In this document: one piece after another, positions 25,473 through 41,060 of the stretch
Layout: every line of letters starts with the position of its first letter
Position numbering within the stretch: the stretch's first letter is position 1
Assembly (NCBI RefSeq): GCF_009914755.1
Contig: NC_060939.1
Length of the DNA stretch: 64,000 nucleotides
Origin: the human T2T-CHM13v2.0 reference genome, Homo sapiens
Reading direction: 5' to 3' (one strand)
Position numbers and translations under genes: made by a program
Notes under the pieces: generated by a model
The model's input: the letters and a program-made list of their open reading frames with translations, nothing else
What the model was told of the DNA's origin: nothing
The model's database searches: none

Positions 25473-28400
25473 TTCCTCTCCATTCCATTCTACCCCACTC
25501 CATTCCACTCCACTCCACTCCATTCCACTCCATTCCACTCTACTCCATTCCATTCCATTCCACTCCACCCCATTCTTTTCCATCCAATTGCATTCCATTG
25601 CATTCCACTGCACTCCGATGCACTCCACTCAACTCCACTCCACTCCACTCCGTTCCTTTCTTTTCCATTACATTTCATTCCATTCCATTTCATTCCATTC
25701 CATTCCATTTCATTCCACTCCACTCCATTCCATTTCACACCATTCCACTCCACTCCACTCCACTCCACTCTACTTCACTCCACTCCATTCCTTTCCATTC
25801 CATTCCATTCCATTCCACTGCACTCGGTTTCACTCCACTCAACTCCACTCCATTCCACTCCACTCCACTCCGTTCCACTCCATTCCATTCTGTTTGTTTC
25901 CATTTCACTCCATTCCATTCCTCTCCCCTCCATATCACTCCACTACATTTCCCTCCATTCCACTCCATTTTACTCGACTCCACTCCAATACACTTTACTA
26001 CATTCCATTCCAATCCATTCCTTTCCAGTCCACTCCATTCCTTTCCATTCCATTCCCTTCCATTCCACTCCATTCCACAGCACTCCATTCCACTCCCCTA
26101 CTCTCCACTCCACTCCATTTCATTCCACTCCACTCCATTCTATTCCATTCCATTCCTCTCCACTACATTCCGTTCCAATCCATCAAATTCCATTCCATTC
26201 CACTGCACTGTGACGCACTCCTCTCAACTCCACTCCACTCCACTCCACTCCATTCCATTCCGTTCCATTCAATTCCGTACCGTTCCATTCCATTCCATTG
26301 CACTCCACTCCCTTTCATTACACTCCATTCCACTCCACTCTGCACCACTCCTCACAACTCCAGTCAATTCCACTCAATTCCACCAAACTCCTCTCCACTC
26401 ACTACACTCCATTCCAATCCGTTTCATTCCATTCAATTCAAGTGCACTCCAATCCGCTCCAATCAACTCCACTCCACTCCACCCCACTCCTTTCCATTCT
26501 GTTCCATTCTGTTCCATTCCATTCCAATCCATTCAAGCCCACTCCACTCCATTCCACTCCACTCCATTTCACAACTTTCCACTCCATTCCATTGAACTCC
26601 ACTGCATTCCACTTCATTCCACTCCACTCCATTCCCTTCCTTTCCACTTCATTCCATTCCATTCCATTAAACTCCATTCCACTAAACTCCAATCCACTCC
26701 ATTCCACTCCACTCCATTTCACTCCATTGCACTCCACTCCACTCAATTCCACTCCATTCCATTTCACTCCACCCCATTCCATTTCATTTTACTCCATGCC
26801 ATTCCATTCCTTTATTTCGACTGGATCTAACTTTGTCACCCAGACTGGAGTGCAGTGGCAGAATCTTAGTTCACATTTCATTTCACTATTCCATTCCATT
26901 CCATTCCATTCCATTCCATTCCATTCCACTCCACTCCACTCCATCCCACTCCATTCCACTCCACTTCGCTCCATTCCACTCCACTACACTACACTAAACT
27001 CCCCTCCACTCCACTCTGTTCCATTCAACTTTACTCTATTCCATTCCATTCCACTCCACTCCACTCCACTCCATTCCACTTCATTAAATTCCAATCCACT
27101 CCATTCATCTGCACTCCACTCCACAGCATTCCATTCCTCTCCACTCCACTCCACAACACTCCACTCCATTCCACTCCACTCCACTCCATTCCTCTGCATT
27201 CATTTCAATTCCATTGCATTCTATTCCATTCCATTTCACTCCATTCTACTCCACTCCACTCCATTGCATTCCATTTCACTCCACTCCATTTCATTCCGTT
27301 TCACTCCGTTCCCCTCCTTTCCACCGCACTCCGTTCCACTCCACTCCATTCGACTCCATTCCACTCCACTCCATTCCATTCTATTCCATTTCATTCCTCT
27401 CTATTTCTTTTCATTCCATTCCACTCCATTGCACTCCACTCCATTCCATTCTATTCCATTTCATTCCTCTCTATTCCATTTCATTCCATTCCACTCCATT
27501 CCACTCCACTCCTATTCTCAACACTCCATTCCACTCCACTCCACTCCACTCCACTCCATTCCATTCAACTCCACTCCATTCCATTCCATTCTACTCCATT
27601 CCACAACACTCCATTCCACTCCAATACATTCCATTTCACTCCATTTCATTCACCTCCACTCCATTCCATTCCATTCTACTCCATTCCATTCCATTCCTTT
27701 ATTTCGACTGGAACACACTCTGTCACCCTGACTGGAGTGCAGTGGCACAATCTTTGCTCACATTTCATTTCACCATTCCATTCCATTCCATTCCATTCCA
27801 TTCCATTCCATTCCATTCCATTCCACTGCAGTCTGATCCACTCCACTCAAGTCCACTCCCCTACACTCCACTTCACTCCATTCCGTTCCCATTCTTTCCA
27901 TTCCATTGCATTCCATTCCATTCCATTCCGTTAAATTTCATTCCATTCCATTCCATTCCATTCCACTCAACTCCACTCCATTTCTTTCTTTCCACTCCAT
28001 TCTACTCCTCTATACTCCACTCCACTCCTATCCATTCCATTCCATTCCATCTCACTACACTCCGATCCACTCCATGCCATTCCACTCCACTCAGTTTCTC
28101 TCTGTTCCATTTTGTTCCATTCCGTTCTGGCCCTTTCTGTTCCATTCCACTCCATTCCAATACACTCCACTCCATTCCACTCCTATCTATTCTGCTCTTT
28201 TCCATTCCATTCCATTCCACTCCATTCCACTCCATTCCACTCCACTCCATTCCATTCCACTCCACTGCATTCCCTCCACTCTATTCCATTCCACTCCAAT
28301 CAACTCTGTTCTACTCCACTCCACTCCATTCCACTCAAATCAATTCCACTCCACTCCATTCCACCCCACTCCATTCCACCCCACTCCATTCCATACCATT

Positions 28401-31349
28401 TCACTCCACTCCATTCCATTCCACTCCACTCCATTCCATTCCACTCCACTCCACTCCACTCCACTCCACTCCATTCCATTCCATTCCATTTCACTGTATT
28501 CCATTCCAAACCACTCCATTCCATTCCACTCCACACCATTCCATTCTATTCCACTCCACTCCACTCGATTCCATTCCATTCCATTGCACACAGATCCATG
28601 CCACTCATCTGCACTCCACTACACTCCACTACACTCCACTAAATTTCACTCTATTCCACTCCATTCCACTCCACTCCTCTACACTCCATTCCATTCCACT
28701 CCATTCCATTCCATTGCATTCCATTCCATTCCATTCCATTCCATTCCATTCCCCTCCATCACTCTCCATTCCACTTCACTCCATTCCACTTCACTCCATT
28801 CCACTCAATTCCATTCCACTCCATACCATTCCATTCCATTTTACTCTATTCCATTCCATTCCTTTACTTCGACTGGATCTCACTTTGTCACCCAGTGTGG
28901 AATGCAGTCGCACAATCTTAGCTGACATTTCATTTCACCATTCCATTCCATTCCATTCTATTCCTTTCCATTCCACTACACTCCACTCCATTCCATTCTA
29001 CTCCATTCCACTCTACTCCACTTGATTCCACTGCACTCCACTCCACTCCATTCCATTCCAGTCCACTGCATTCTGTTCCATTCCATTCTATTCCATTCCT
29101 TTCCACTGCACTGCGATCCACTCCACTCAGCTCCATTCCACTCCACAGCATTCCATTCCATTCCATTCTATTCCATTCCTTTCCACTGTACTCCTATACA
29201 CTCCACTCAACTGCACTCTGCTCCGTGCCTTTCCGATCCTATCCATTTCGTTATATACCATTCAATTCTCTTTAATTTAATTCCATTCCACTCCCCTCCA
29301 TTCCATTCCACACCACTCCATTCAACTCCACTCCACTAAACTCCTTTCCATTCTATTCCATTCCATTCCATTCCATTGCTCTCTGAACCACTCCACTCAA
29401 CTCCACTACACTCCACTCCTTTCCATTCCGTTACTTTCTGTTCTCTTCTGTTATATTCCACTTCATTCCATTCCCGTCCACTCCAATCAACTCCACTCCG
29501 TTTCACTCCAATGCTCTCCATTACACTCCACTTTACTCCACTACACTACACACCACATTGCTACACTCCACTACATTCCATTCCACTCCATTCAATTCCA
29601 CTTCATTCCATTCCATTCCATTCCAATTAATTCCAATCCATTCAACTCCATTCAACTCCACTCCACTCCAATCCACTATATTCCACTACAATCCACTCCC
29701 CTCTATTCCACTGATCTCCACTCCACTCCACTAAACTCCACTCCACTCGATTCCACCCCATTCCATTCAATTCCACTCCATTCCATTCCACTCCATTCCA
29801 CTCCACTCCACTCCACTCCATTTAAATCCACTCCACTCCAGTCCCCTCCACTGCATTCCACTCCATTCCATTCCATTCTACTCCAATACATTCCACTCCA
29901 TAATTTTGAGTGGATGTCACTGTGTCACGCAGACTGGATTGCAGTGGAACAATCTTAGCTCAAATTTCATTTCACCATTCTATTTCACTCCATTCCATTC
30001 TATTGCATTTCATTCCATTCCACTCCACTGTACTCCACTCAACTCAACTCCACTCAACTCCGCTCACCTCCACTCCATTCCGTTCCATTCCACTCAACTT
30101 ATTTCCATTCCATTCCATTAAATTCCATACCATTCCATTCCATTCCATTCCATTCCATTCCATTCCATTCCATTGTACTGCACTCCGGTCCACTCCACTC
30201 AACTTCACGCCACTCCACTCTACTCTGTTCCTTTCCGTACCATTCCATTCCACTCCAATTCATTCCATTCCCTTCCGTTCTATTGCTTTCCACTCCACTC
30301 CATTCAATTCTACTCCATTCTACCCCTTTCCACCCCACTCCACTCCACTCCATTCCAATACATTCCATTCCTTTCCTTTCCTTTCCTTTGCACTCTGATC
30401 CACTCCTGAACTCCACTCCACTCCACTCTGTTCCTTGCCATTCCATTCCGTTCCATTCCTTTCCACTGCATTCCATTCCACTCCACCGCATTCCATTCCA
30501 CACTATTTCACTCCACTCCACTCCACTCCACTCCACTCCTTTGCATTCCACTCCTTTCCATTCCATTCCACTCCATTCCATTCCCTTCCACTCCATTCCA
30601 CTCCACTCCATTCCGTTGCACTCCATTCCACTCCATTCCATTCCCTTCCACTCCATTCCACTCCACTCCATTCCGTTGCACTCCATTATACTGCATTCCA
30701 CTCCATTCCATTCCTTTCCTTTTCATTCCACTCCATTACACTCCATTCCATTCCACTGCATTCCACTTCATTCTTTTCCATTCCACTCCATTCCACTTAA
30801 TTTTATTCCACTCCACTCCATTCCATTCCATTCTACTCCATTCCATTCCATTCCTTTATTTCTACTGAATCTCACTCTGTCACCCAGACTGGAGTTCAGT
30901 GGCACAATTTTAGCTCACATTTCTTTTCACCATTCAATTCCCTTCCCTTCCATTCCATTCCATTCCATTCCATTCCATTCCACTGCACTCCGATCCACTC
31001 CAGTCAATTCCACTCCACTCCATTCCAACCTGTTCCCTTCCGTTCCACTCCATTCCATTCCATTCCATTCATTTCCACTCTATTCCATTCTTTTCCATTC
31101 TACTCCATTCCACTCCACTCCACTGCACTCCACTTCACTTCATTCCATTCCATTCCATTCCATTCCACTCCATTCCATTCCATTCCATTCCATTCCACTC
31201 CATACCATTCCCTTCCATTCCACTCCATTCCAGTCCATTCCACTACACTCCATTCCACTGCACTCCATTACCGTCCACTCCACTCCATTCCACTGCATTC
31301 CTTTCCACTCCAATCCATTCCATTACATTCCACTCCATTCCATTCTATT

Positions 31350-34150
31350 CCTTTATTTCTATTGGATCTCAATCTGTCACCAAGACTGCAGTGCAGTGGC
31401 AAAATCTTAGCTCACATTACATTTCACCCTTGGATTCCGTTCCATTCCTTTCCATTCCATTCCATTCCAGTCAAGTCCACTCCACTCCATTCCATTCCAC
31501 TCCACTCCATTCTATTCCATTCCGTTCCATTTCATTCCATGCCACTGCACTCCCATCATCTCCACTCAGCTCCACTCCACTCCACTCCCTTCTCTTCCAT
31601 TCCATTCCATTCAATTCAATTCCTTTCCATTCCATTCCATTCCATTCAATTCCACTTCACACCATTCCATTCCACTCCATTCTGCTCCACTCCATTCCAC
31701 TCCACTCCACTCCACTCCGTTCCATTCCATTCCTTTCCATTCTGCTACAGTCCGATCCCCTCCACTCACCTCCACTCCACTGCCCTACACTTCATTCCGT
31801 TCCATTCCATTCCATTCCGTTCAGTTCCATTCTGTTCCCTTCCATTGCATTACCCTTCCTTCCATTCCACTCCACTCCATTTCACTCCACTCCTTTTCAC
31901 TCCATTCTAATCCATTCCACTCCACTCCACACCGATCCATTCCATTCCACTAAATTCCATTCCATTCCTTTCCAAACCACTCCACTTCATTCCACTCCAC
32001 TCCACTCCATTCCTCTCCAATCCATTCTACTCTACTCCACTCCCTTCCACGCCATTCCATTCCGTTCCACTCCATTCCATTTCATTCCGTTCCACTCCAT
32101 TACACTCCATTCAACTCCACTCCATTCCAATGCACTCCACTCCATTCCACTCTATTCCATTCCACTTCACTCCATTCCATTCCATTCAACTACATGCCAT
32201 TCCATTCTCTTATTTCGACTGAATCTCACTCTGTCACCCAGACTGGAGTGCAGTGGCACAATCTTAGATCACATTTCATTTAACCATTCTATTCCAATCC
32301 ATCCCATTCAATTCCATTCAACTCCATTCCATTCCATTCCACTCCGCTCCATTCCACTCCACTCCACTCCACTCCATTCCATTCCACTCCACTCCATTCC
32401 ATTCCTTTCCATTCCATTCCACTGCACTCAGATCAGCTCCACTCAACTCCACTGTACTCCATTCCACTCCATTCCTATCTGTTCCATTCCTTTCCATTCC
32501 ATTCCATTCCATTCCGTTCCGTTCCGTTCCATTCCATTCAATTCCACTCCACTCCAATCCGTTATTCTCCATTCTACTCCATTCCACTCCACTCCACAAC
32601 ACTCCACTACATTTCATTCCTTTCCATTCCATTCCATTCCATTCCATTCCACTCCATTCCACTTCATTCCACTGCATTCCATTCCATTCCACTCCATGCC
32701 ATTGCTTTCCATTCCACTCCATTCCAGTCCATTCCACTACACTCCTTTCCACTCCACTCCACTCCATTCCACCCCATTCCATTCCACTCCAATCCATTCC
32801 ATTACATTCCACTCCATTCCATTCTATTCCTTTATTTCTATTGGATCTCACTCTGTCACCAAGACTGCAGTGCAGTAGCAAAATCTTAGCTCACATTACA
32901 TTTCACCCTTGCATTCCATTCCATTCCTTTACATTCCATTCCATTCCATTCCAGTCCACTCCACTCCACTCCACTCCATTCCATTCCACTCCACTCTATT
33001 CTATTCCTTTCCATTCCATTTCATTCCATTCTATTCCACTACACTCCCATCTTCTCCACTCAACTCCACTCCACTCCCTTCTGTTCCGTTCCATTCCATT
33101 CCATTCCATTCCTTTCCATTACATTCCATTCCATTCCATTCCAATTTGCTCCTTTCCATTCCACCCCATTTTTCTCCACTCCATTCCACTCCACTACACT
33201 GCACTCCATTCCATTCCATTCCATTCCATTCCATTCCATTCCATTCCATTCCATTCCAATCCACCACACTGCACTCTGTTCCATTCCATTCCATTCCATT
33301 CCATTCCATTCCATTCCATTCCATTCCACTACAGTCTGATCCCCTCCTCTCACCTCTACTCCACTGCACTACACTCCACTCCGTTTGATTCCGTTCCATT
33401 CCATTCAGTTCTGCTCCATTCCATTCCGTTGCATTCCACTCCATTCCATTCCACTCCACTCCATTTAACTCCACTCCTTTTCACTCCACTCTACTCCATT
33501 CCACTCCACTCCACACCACTCCTTTCCATTCCATTCCACTAAATTCCATTCCATTCCTTTCCAAACCAATCCACTTCATTCCACTCCATTCCACTCCATT
33601 CGTCTCCAATCCATTCCACTCTACTACACTCCATTCCACGCCTTTCCATTCCGTTCCTCTCCACTCCTTTTCATTCCATTCCACTCCATTCCACTCCATT
33701 CCACTCCACTCCATTCGACTCCACTCCATTCCAATGCACTCCACTAAATTCCACACCATTCCATTCCACTCCCCTCCATTCCATTCAATTCAACTACATG
33801 CCATTCCATTCTCTTATTTCGACTGATTTTCACTCTGTGACCCAGAATGGAGTGCAGTGGCACAATCTTAGATCACATTTCATTTAACCATTCCATTCCA
33901 ATCCATTCCATTCATCTCCATTCCATTTCACTCCACTCCATTCCACTCCACTCCACTCCGTTTCATTCCACTCCACTCCATTCCATTCCACTCCACTCCA
34001 TTCCATTCCATTCCACCCACTCAGATCAGCTCCACTCAACTCCACTGCACTCCACTCCACTCCATTCCTATCTCTTTCATTCCTTTCCATTCCATTCCAT
34101 TCCATTCAATTCCATTCCATTCCATTCATTTCCTTTCCAGTCCACTCCAT
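31350..34150 (+). repeat. ~1.5-1.6 kb tandem duplication containing two Alu fragments per copy
   Basis: Fragments at 31352/32831 share TTCTATTGGATC..ACCAAGACTGCAG..CAAAATC..ATTACATTTCACCCTTG. Fragments at 32209/33814 share CAACTACATGCCATTCCATTCTCTTATTTCGACTGA..TTAGATCACATTTCATTTAACC. Confidence 0.88.
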
Positions 34151-37100
34151 TCCATTCCACTCCATTCCACTCCACTGCACTCCACTCCATTCCATTCCAT
34201 TCCATTGTGCTCTGATTTACTCCACTCACCTCCACTCAACTCCACACCACTCCACTCCGTTCCATTCCGTTTCATTCCGTTCCATTCTCTTCCATTCCAT
34301 TCCACTCCGTTCCATTCCGTTTCATTCCGTTCCATTCTCTTCCATTCCATTCCACTCCTTTCCATTTCACTGGACTCCATTCCAATCCACTCCATTTCAC
34401 TCCATTCCACTGCTTTCCACTCCACTCGACTCCACCCCATTCCATTCCATTCCACTCCTTTCCATTCCACTCTATTCCACTCCATTCCACTCCACTCCAT
34501 TCCACTTCACTCCAATCGAATCCACTCCATTCCATTCTTTCTTACTCCATTCCATTCCATTATTTTATTTTGACTTGATATCACTCTGTCACCCAGACTG
34601 GAATGCAGTGGCACAATATTAGCTCACATTTCATTTCACCATTCCATTGCATTCCATTCTACTCCATTCCATTCCACTCCACTCCAATCCACGCCATTCC
34701 ATTCAATTCCACTCCACTCGATGCCATTCCATTCCACTGCATTCCATTCCACTCCACTGCACTCTGATCCACTCCACTCAACTCCACTCCATTCCACTAC
34801 ACTCCATTCCATTCTGTTCCATTCCATTCCGTTCCATTCCACTCCATTCCGTTTCATTCCATTCCTTTCAACTGCACTCCATTACATTGCACTCCTTTCC
34901 ATTGCACTTCACTCCAATCCCCTCCACTCCACTCCAATCTACTTCACTCCATTCCATTCCATTCCATACCACTGCGCTCCTATCCACTGCACTCCACTGC
35001 ACTCCACTCCACTCCGTTCCATTCCGTTACATTCCATTCCACTCCATTCCATTCCACTCCACTTCATTAAACTCCACTAAATTTCACTCTGTTCCTCTCC
35101 ATTCCTCTCCACTCCAATCCACTCCACTACACTCCATTCCATTCCACTCCGTTCTATTCCATTCCACTCCATTCCATTCCATTCCCTTCCACTCCATTCC
35201 ACTCCACTCCACTCTTTCCACTCCACTCCATTCCACTCCTTTCTATTACACTCCACTCCATTCCATTCCATTCCATTTTACTCCATTCCATTCCACTCCT
35301 TTACTTCGACTGGATCTCTCTTTGTCACTCAGACTGGAGTGCATTGGCACAATCTTAGCTCACATTTCATTTCACTATTCCATTCCATTCCATTCCATTC
35401 CATTCCATTCCACTACAATGCACTCCATTCTATTCAACTCCACTCCACTCCACTCCATTCCATTGCACTCCACTCCACTCCACGCTGTTCCATTCCACTC
35501 CCCTGCATTCCATTCCATTCCATTATTTTACATTCCATTCCACTGCTTTCCAAGTCACTCCACTAAACTCCACTCCACTCCTTTCCGTTCCAGTCCAATA
35601 CATTTCTTTATATTCCATTCAATTCTGTTCCATTTCATTCCATTCCCTTCCACTCCATTCAATTCCACTCCACTCCATTCCACTCCACTCCATTCCACTC
35701 CACTCCACTCCACTCCACTCCATTCCATTCGACTGCACTCTGAACCACTCCAATCAACTCCACTCCACTCCAATCCACTCCTTTAAATTCCATTCAGTTC
35801 TATTCCGTTCAGTTCCATTCCACTGCATTCCATTCCACTCCACTCCATTCCACTCCACTCCATTTCACTCCATTGCTCTATATTTCACTCCACTCCACTC
35901 CACTCCACCACACTCCACTACATTCCATTCCACTCCATTCTATTCCACTTCATTCCAATCCATTCATTTCCACTCCATTCCACTCCATTGCATTCCATTC
36001 CACTCCACTCCACTCTATTTTACTCCACTCCATTACACTTCACTCCTCTCCATTTCACTCCATTCCACTCCACTCCTCTCCACACCACTTTGTTCCATTC
36101 CAATCCATTCCATTCCATTTCACTCCATTCCATTCTACTCCATTCAACTCCATTCCACTCCATTCCACTCCACTACATTCCACTCAACTCCATTTCACTC
36201 CACTCCACTCTATTCCTTTCTATTGCATTCCTCTCCACTACATTCCATTCCATTGCATTCCACTGAATTCCATTCCACTCCATTCCATTCCCCTCCATTC
36301 AATTCCATTCCATTCCATTCCATTCCTTTCCATTACAGTCCATTCCACTCCATTCCTTTCCACTGCATTACACTCCACTCCATTACACTCCACTCCACTC
36401 CGTTCCTTTAAACTCCATTCCATTCCACTACATTCCATTCCACTCCATTCCATTCCACTACATTCCTTTCCATTCCATTCCACTCCATTCCACTCCATTC
36501 CATTACACTCCACTCCATTCCAGTCCACTCCACTCCATTCCACTTCATTCAATTCCACTCCACTCCATTTCATTCCATTCTACTCCATTCCATTCCATTC
36601 CTTTCCTTTATTTCTACTGCATCTCACTCTGTCAGCCAGACTGGAGTGCAGTGCCACAATCTTATCTCACATTTCATTTCACCATTCCATTCCATTCCAT
36701 TCCATTCCATTCCATTCCATTCAACTCCATTCAATTCCATTTCATTCCAAGCCACTCCACTCCCATCCACTCCACTCCATTCCTTTCCACTCCACTCCAA
36801 ACCACTCAGTTCCTTTGCAGTGCACACCATTCCATTCAATTCCATTTCATTCCTTTCCACTGCACTCCGATCCACTCCACTCAACTCCACTCTACTCCAC
36901 TCCACTCCATTCCATTCCATTCCAATCCATTCCATTCCATTCTATTCCATTACTTTCCATTTCTTTCCATTCCACTCCACTCCACTCCATTCCACTCCAC
37001 TGCACTCCACTTCACTGCACTCCACTCCACTCTATTCCATTCCATTCCATTCCATTCCATTCCACTGCACTCAGATCAACTCCACTCAACTCCACTCCGC

Positions 37101-40100
37101 TGCACTCCACTCCACTTCTTTCCAATCCTTTCTGATATGTTCCATTTTGTACCATTCCGCTTCATTCCATTCCACTCCACTCGATTTCACTCAATTCAAC
37201 CCCATTCCACTCCAATCCATTCCACTCCACTACACTACACTCCATTCCTTTCAACTCCGTTCCATTCCACTTCTTACCATTCCATTGCATTCCACTACAT
37301 TCCATTCCATTCCACAACATTCCACTCCTTTGAACTCCACTCCATTCCACTCAACTAATTCCACTCCACAGCAATCCATTCCTCTCCATTCCATCCCCCT
37401 TCTCTCCATTCCATTATATTCTACTCCATTCCATTCCATTCTTTTATTTCGAATGGATCTCACTCTGTTACACAGACTGGAGTGCAGTTAAACTGTCTTA
37501 GGTCACTTTTCATTTCATCAATCTATTCCATTCCATTCCATTCCATTCCATTCCATTCCATTCCATTCCATTCAATTTTACTCCATTCCACTGCACTCTG
37601 ATCCGCTGCAATAAACTCCACTCCACTCCACTCAACTCCGTTCCTTTCCACTCCATTCCATTCAATTCCATTCCAGTCCAGTCCACTGCATTCCATTCCA
37701 CTCCATTCCACTCCATTGCAATCCAATCAACTCCACTCCACTATATTCCATTCCAATCCACTCCTCTCCAAGCAACATCACTATTCTCCACTCCACTCCA
37801 CTCCCGTCCGTTTCGATCCATTCCATTCCAGTCCCTTCCAATACATTCCACTCCATTCCACTCCACTCCTTTCCATTCCCCTTCATTCCATTGCATTCCT
37901 CTCCCCTCCACTCCACTCTATTCCACTCAACTCCACTCCACTAAACTCCACTCCTTTCCACTCCGTTGCATTCACTTCCATTCCATTAGATTCCATTCCA
38001 TTTCACTCCATTCCATTCCACTCCACTCCATTCCATTCCACTCCACTCCATTCCACACCACTTCATTTCACTCCATTCCACTCGATTCCACTCCAATCCA
38101 CCCCATTCCATTCCACTCCATTCCATTCCATTTATTTCCACTCCATTCCACTCCTGTCTGCCGCACTCCATTCCACTCCATTCTATTCTACTCCACTCCA
38201 CTCCACTCCGCACCATTCCATTCCATTCCACTCCAATCCATTCCACTCAACTCCACTCCATTCCACTCCAATCCATTCCACTCAACTCCATTCCTCTCCA
38301 CTTTGATCGGCTCCACTCAACTCCACTCCACTCCATTCCATTCCATTCCACTCCATTTCATGCCATTCTGTTCCTCTCCATTCCTCTCCATTCCACTCCA
38401 CTCAATTCCACTCCACTCCAATCCACTCCACTGTATTCGATTCAATTTCACTCCATTCCATTCCATTCCACTCCAATCCCTTCCACTCACCTCCATTCCA
38501 CTCCACTCAGATCCACTCCACTCAACTACATTCAACTCCATTCCATTCCATTCCATTCCATGCCATTCCATTGCTCTCCATTCCTCCCCATTCCACTCCA
38601 CTCCATTCCACTCCATTCCACTCCATTCCATTCCACTCCAATCCACTTGATTCCTACCCATTCTGTTCGATTCCACTCCATTCCATTCCATTCCATTCCA
38701 TTCCATTCCATTCTATTCCACTCCATTCCAATACATTCCACTCCATTCCATTTCACTCCACTCCACTCAACTCCCCTCCATTGTATTCCACTCCATTCAA
38801 TTCCAAATCACTCCATTCCATTCCATTCGACTCCATTCCAGTCCACTCCATTTTTTCGACTGGATCTCACTCTGTCACGCAGACTGGAGTACAGTGGCAC
38901 AATCTTAGCTCACATTTCATTTCACAATTCCATTGCCCTTCATTCCATTCAATTGCATTCCATTCCATTCCACTCCCCTCCACTCCATTCAACTTAACTC
39001 CACTCAACTCCATTCAAATCCACTCCATTCCATTCCGTTCCACTCCACTCCATTCCATTATATTCCAATTAATTCCATTCCATTCCATTCCATTCCATTC
39101 CATTTCATTGCACTCTGATACACTCCACTCAACTTCACACCACTTCACTCCACTACACTCCATTCCCTACCATACCGCTCCATTCCATTCAATTCCGTTC
39201 CATTCCATTCCATTCCACTCCACTCCATTCCATTCTTCTCCATTCTACTCCATTCCACTCCACTCCACTCCACTCCAATCCATTCCATTCCATTCCTTTC
39301 CATGCCATTGCACTCGGATCCACTCCACTCAACTCCACTGCACTCCTCTCCGTTCCATTCCATTCCATTCTGTTCTGTTCCATACCATTCCATTCCACTC
39401 CATTCCAATCCACCCTATTCCAATTTCACACCATTTCACTCCTCTCCCTTCCATTCCACTACACTCCTCCCAATCCATTCCACTCCACTCCAATCCTCCC
39501 CACTCCATTCCCTTCCATTCCATGCCTTGCCATTCCATTCCATTCCACTCCATTCCACTCCACTCCATCCCACTCCATTTCTTTTCATTTCATTCCATTC
39601 CATTCCATTCCACTCCATTCCATTTCATTCCTCTCAAGTCCATTCCATTCCACTTCATTTTATTCCAGTCCTCTCCATTCCCTTCCATTCTACTCCATTC
39701 CCTTCCTTTCCTTTATTTTGACTGGATCTCACTCTGTCACCCAGACTGTAGTGCAGTGGCTCAATATTAGCTCACATTTCATTTCACCATTACCTTCCAC
39801 TCCATTCCGTTCCATTCCATTCCATTCCATTCCACTCCACTCCTTTCCATTCCACTCCTTTCCACTCCATTCCATTCCACTCCACTCCACTCCACTCTAT
39901 TCCATTCCACTCCACTCCACTCCACTATACTCCACTCCACTCCATTCCATTCCGTTCCATTCGGTTCCATTCCATTTCACTCCATTCCATTCCAATCCAC
40001 TCCACTCCACTCCATTCCACTCTACTCCACTCCATTCCACTCCATTCGATGCCACTCCACTCCATTCCATACCGTTTTACCCCATTCCATTCCATTCCTT

Positions 40101-40789
40101 TATTTCGACTGGATTCCACTTTGTAACCCAACTGGAGTGCAGTGGCACAGTCTTAGCTCACATTTCATTTCACCATTCCATTCCTTTCAATTCTATTCCA
40201 TTGCATTCCACTACAGTCCACTCCATTCCGTTCAACTCCACTCCACTCCATTCCATTGCACTCCACTCCACTCCACTTCATTCCATTCCACTCCACTGCG
40301 TTCCATTCCATTCCATTCCATTCTATTCCATTCCATTCCACTGCACTCCAATCCACTCCATTCTACCCCAGTCCATTCCATTCCGTTTTCGTCCAATCCA
40401 TTTCTTTATATCCCATTCAATTCTGTTCCATTTCTTTCCATTCCACTCCACTCCATTCCATTCCATTCCACTGCACTCTGAACCACTCCACTCAACTCCA
40501 CTCCACTCCACTCCTTTCCATTCCGTTCCATTCTGTTCCATTCTATTACATTTCACTTCATCTCTTTCCACTCCACTCCATTCCACTCCATTCCATTTCA
40601 CTCCATTGCTCTTAATTCCACTCCACTCCATTCCATTTCACTCCATTGCTCTCCATTCCACTCCACTCCATTCCACTCCATTCCATTTCACTCCATTGCT
40701 CTCCATTCCACTCCTCTCCACTACACTCCATTCCATTCCAATTCATTGCATTCCATTCCCGTCCATTCCATTCCTTTCCACTCCATTCC

Positions 40790-41060
40790 ATTCCACTCCA
40801 CTCCACTCCATTCCACTACACTCCACACCATTTCACTCCATTTCACTCCATTCCACGCCACTCCACTCCACGCCACTCCGTTCCATTTCACTCCATTCTG
40901 TTCCATTCCACTCCATTCCATTCCAATCCACTCCACTCCACTCCATTCCACTACACTCCACACCATTTCACTCCATTTCACTCCATTCCACGCCACTCCA
41001 CTCCACGCCACTCCATTCCATTTCACTCCATTCTGTTCCATTACACTCCATTCCATTCCA
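40790..41060 (+). repeat. 135-bp tandem duplication
   Basis: CTACACTCCACACCATTTCACTCCATTTCACTCCATTCCACGCCACTCCACTCCACGCC at 40816 and 40951. Confidence 0.88.
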
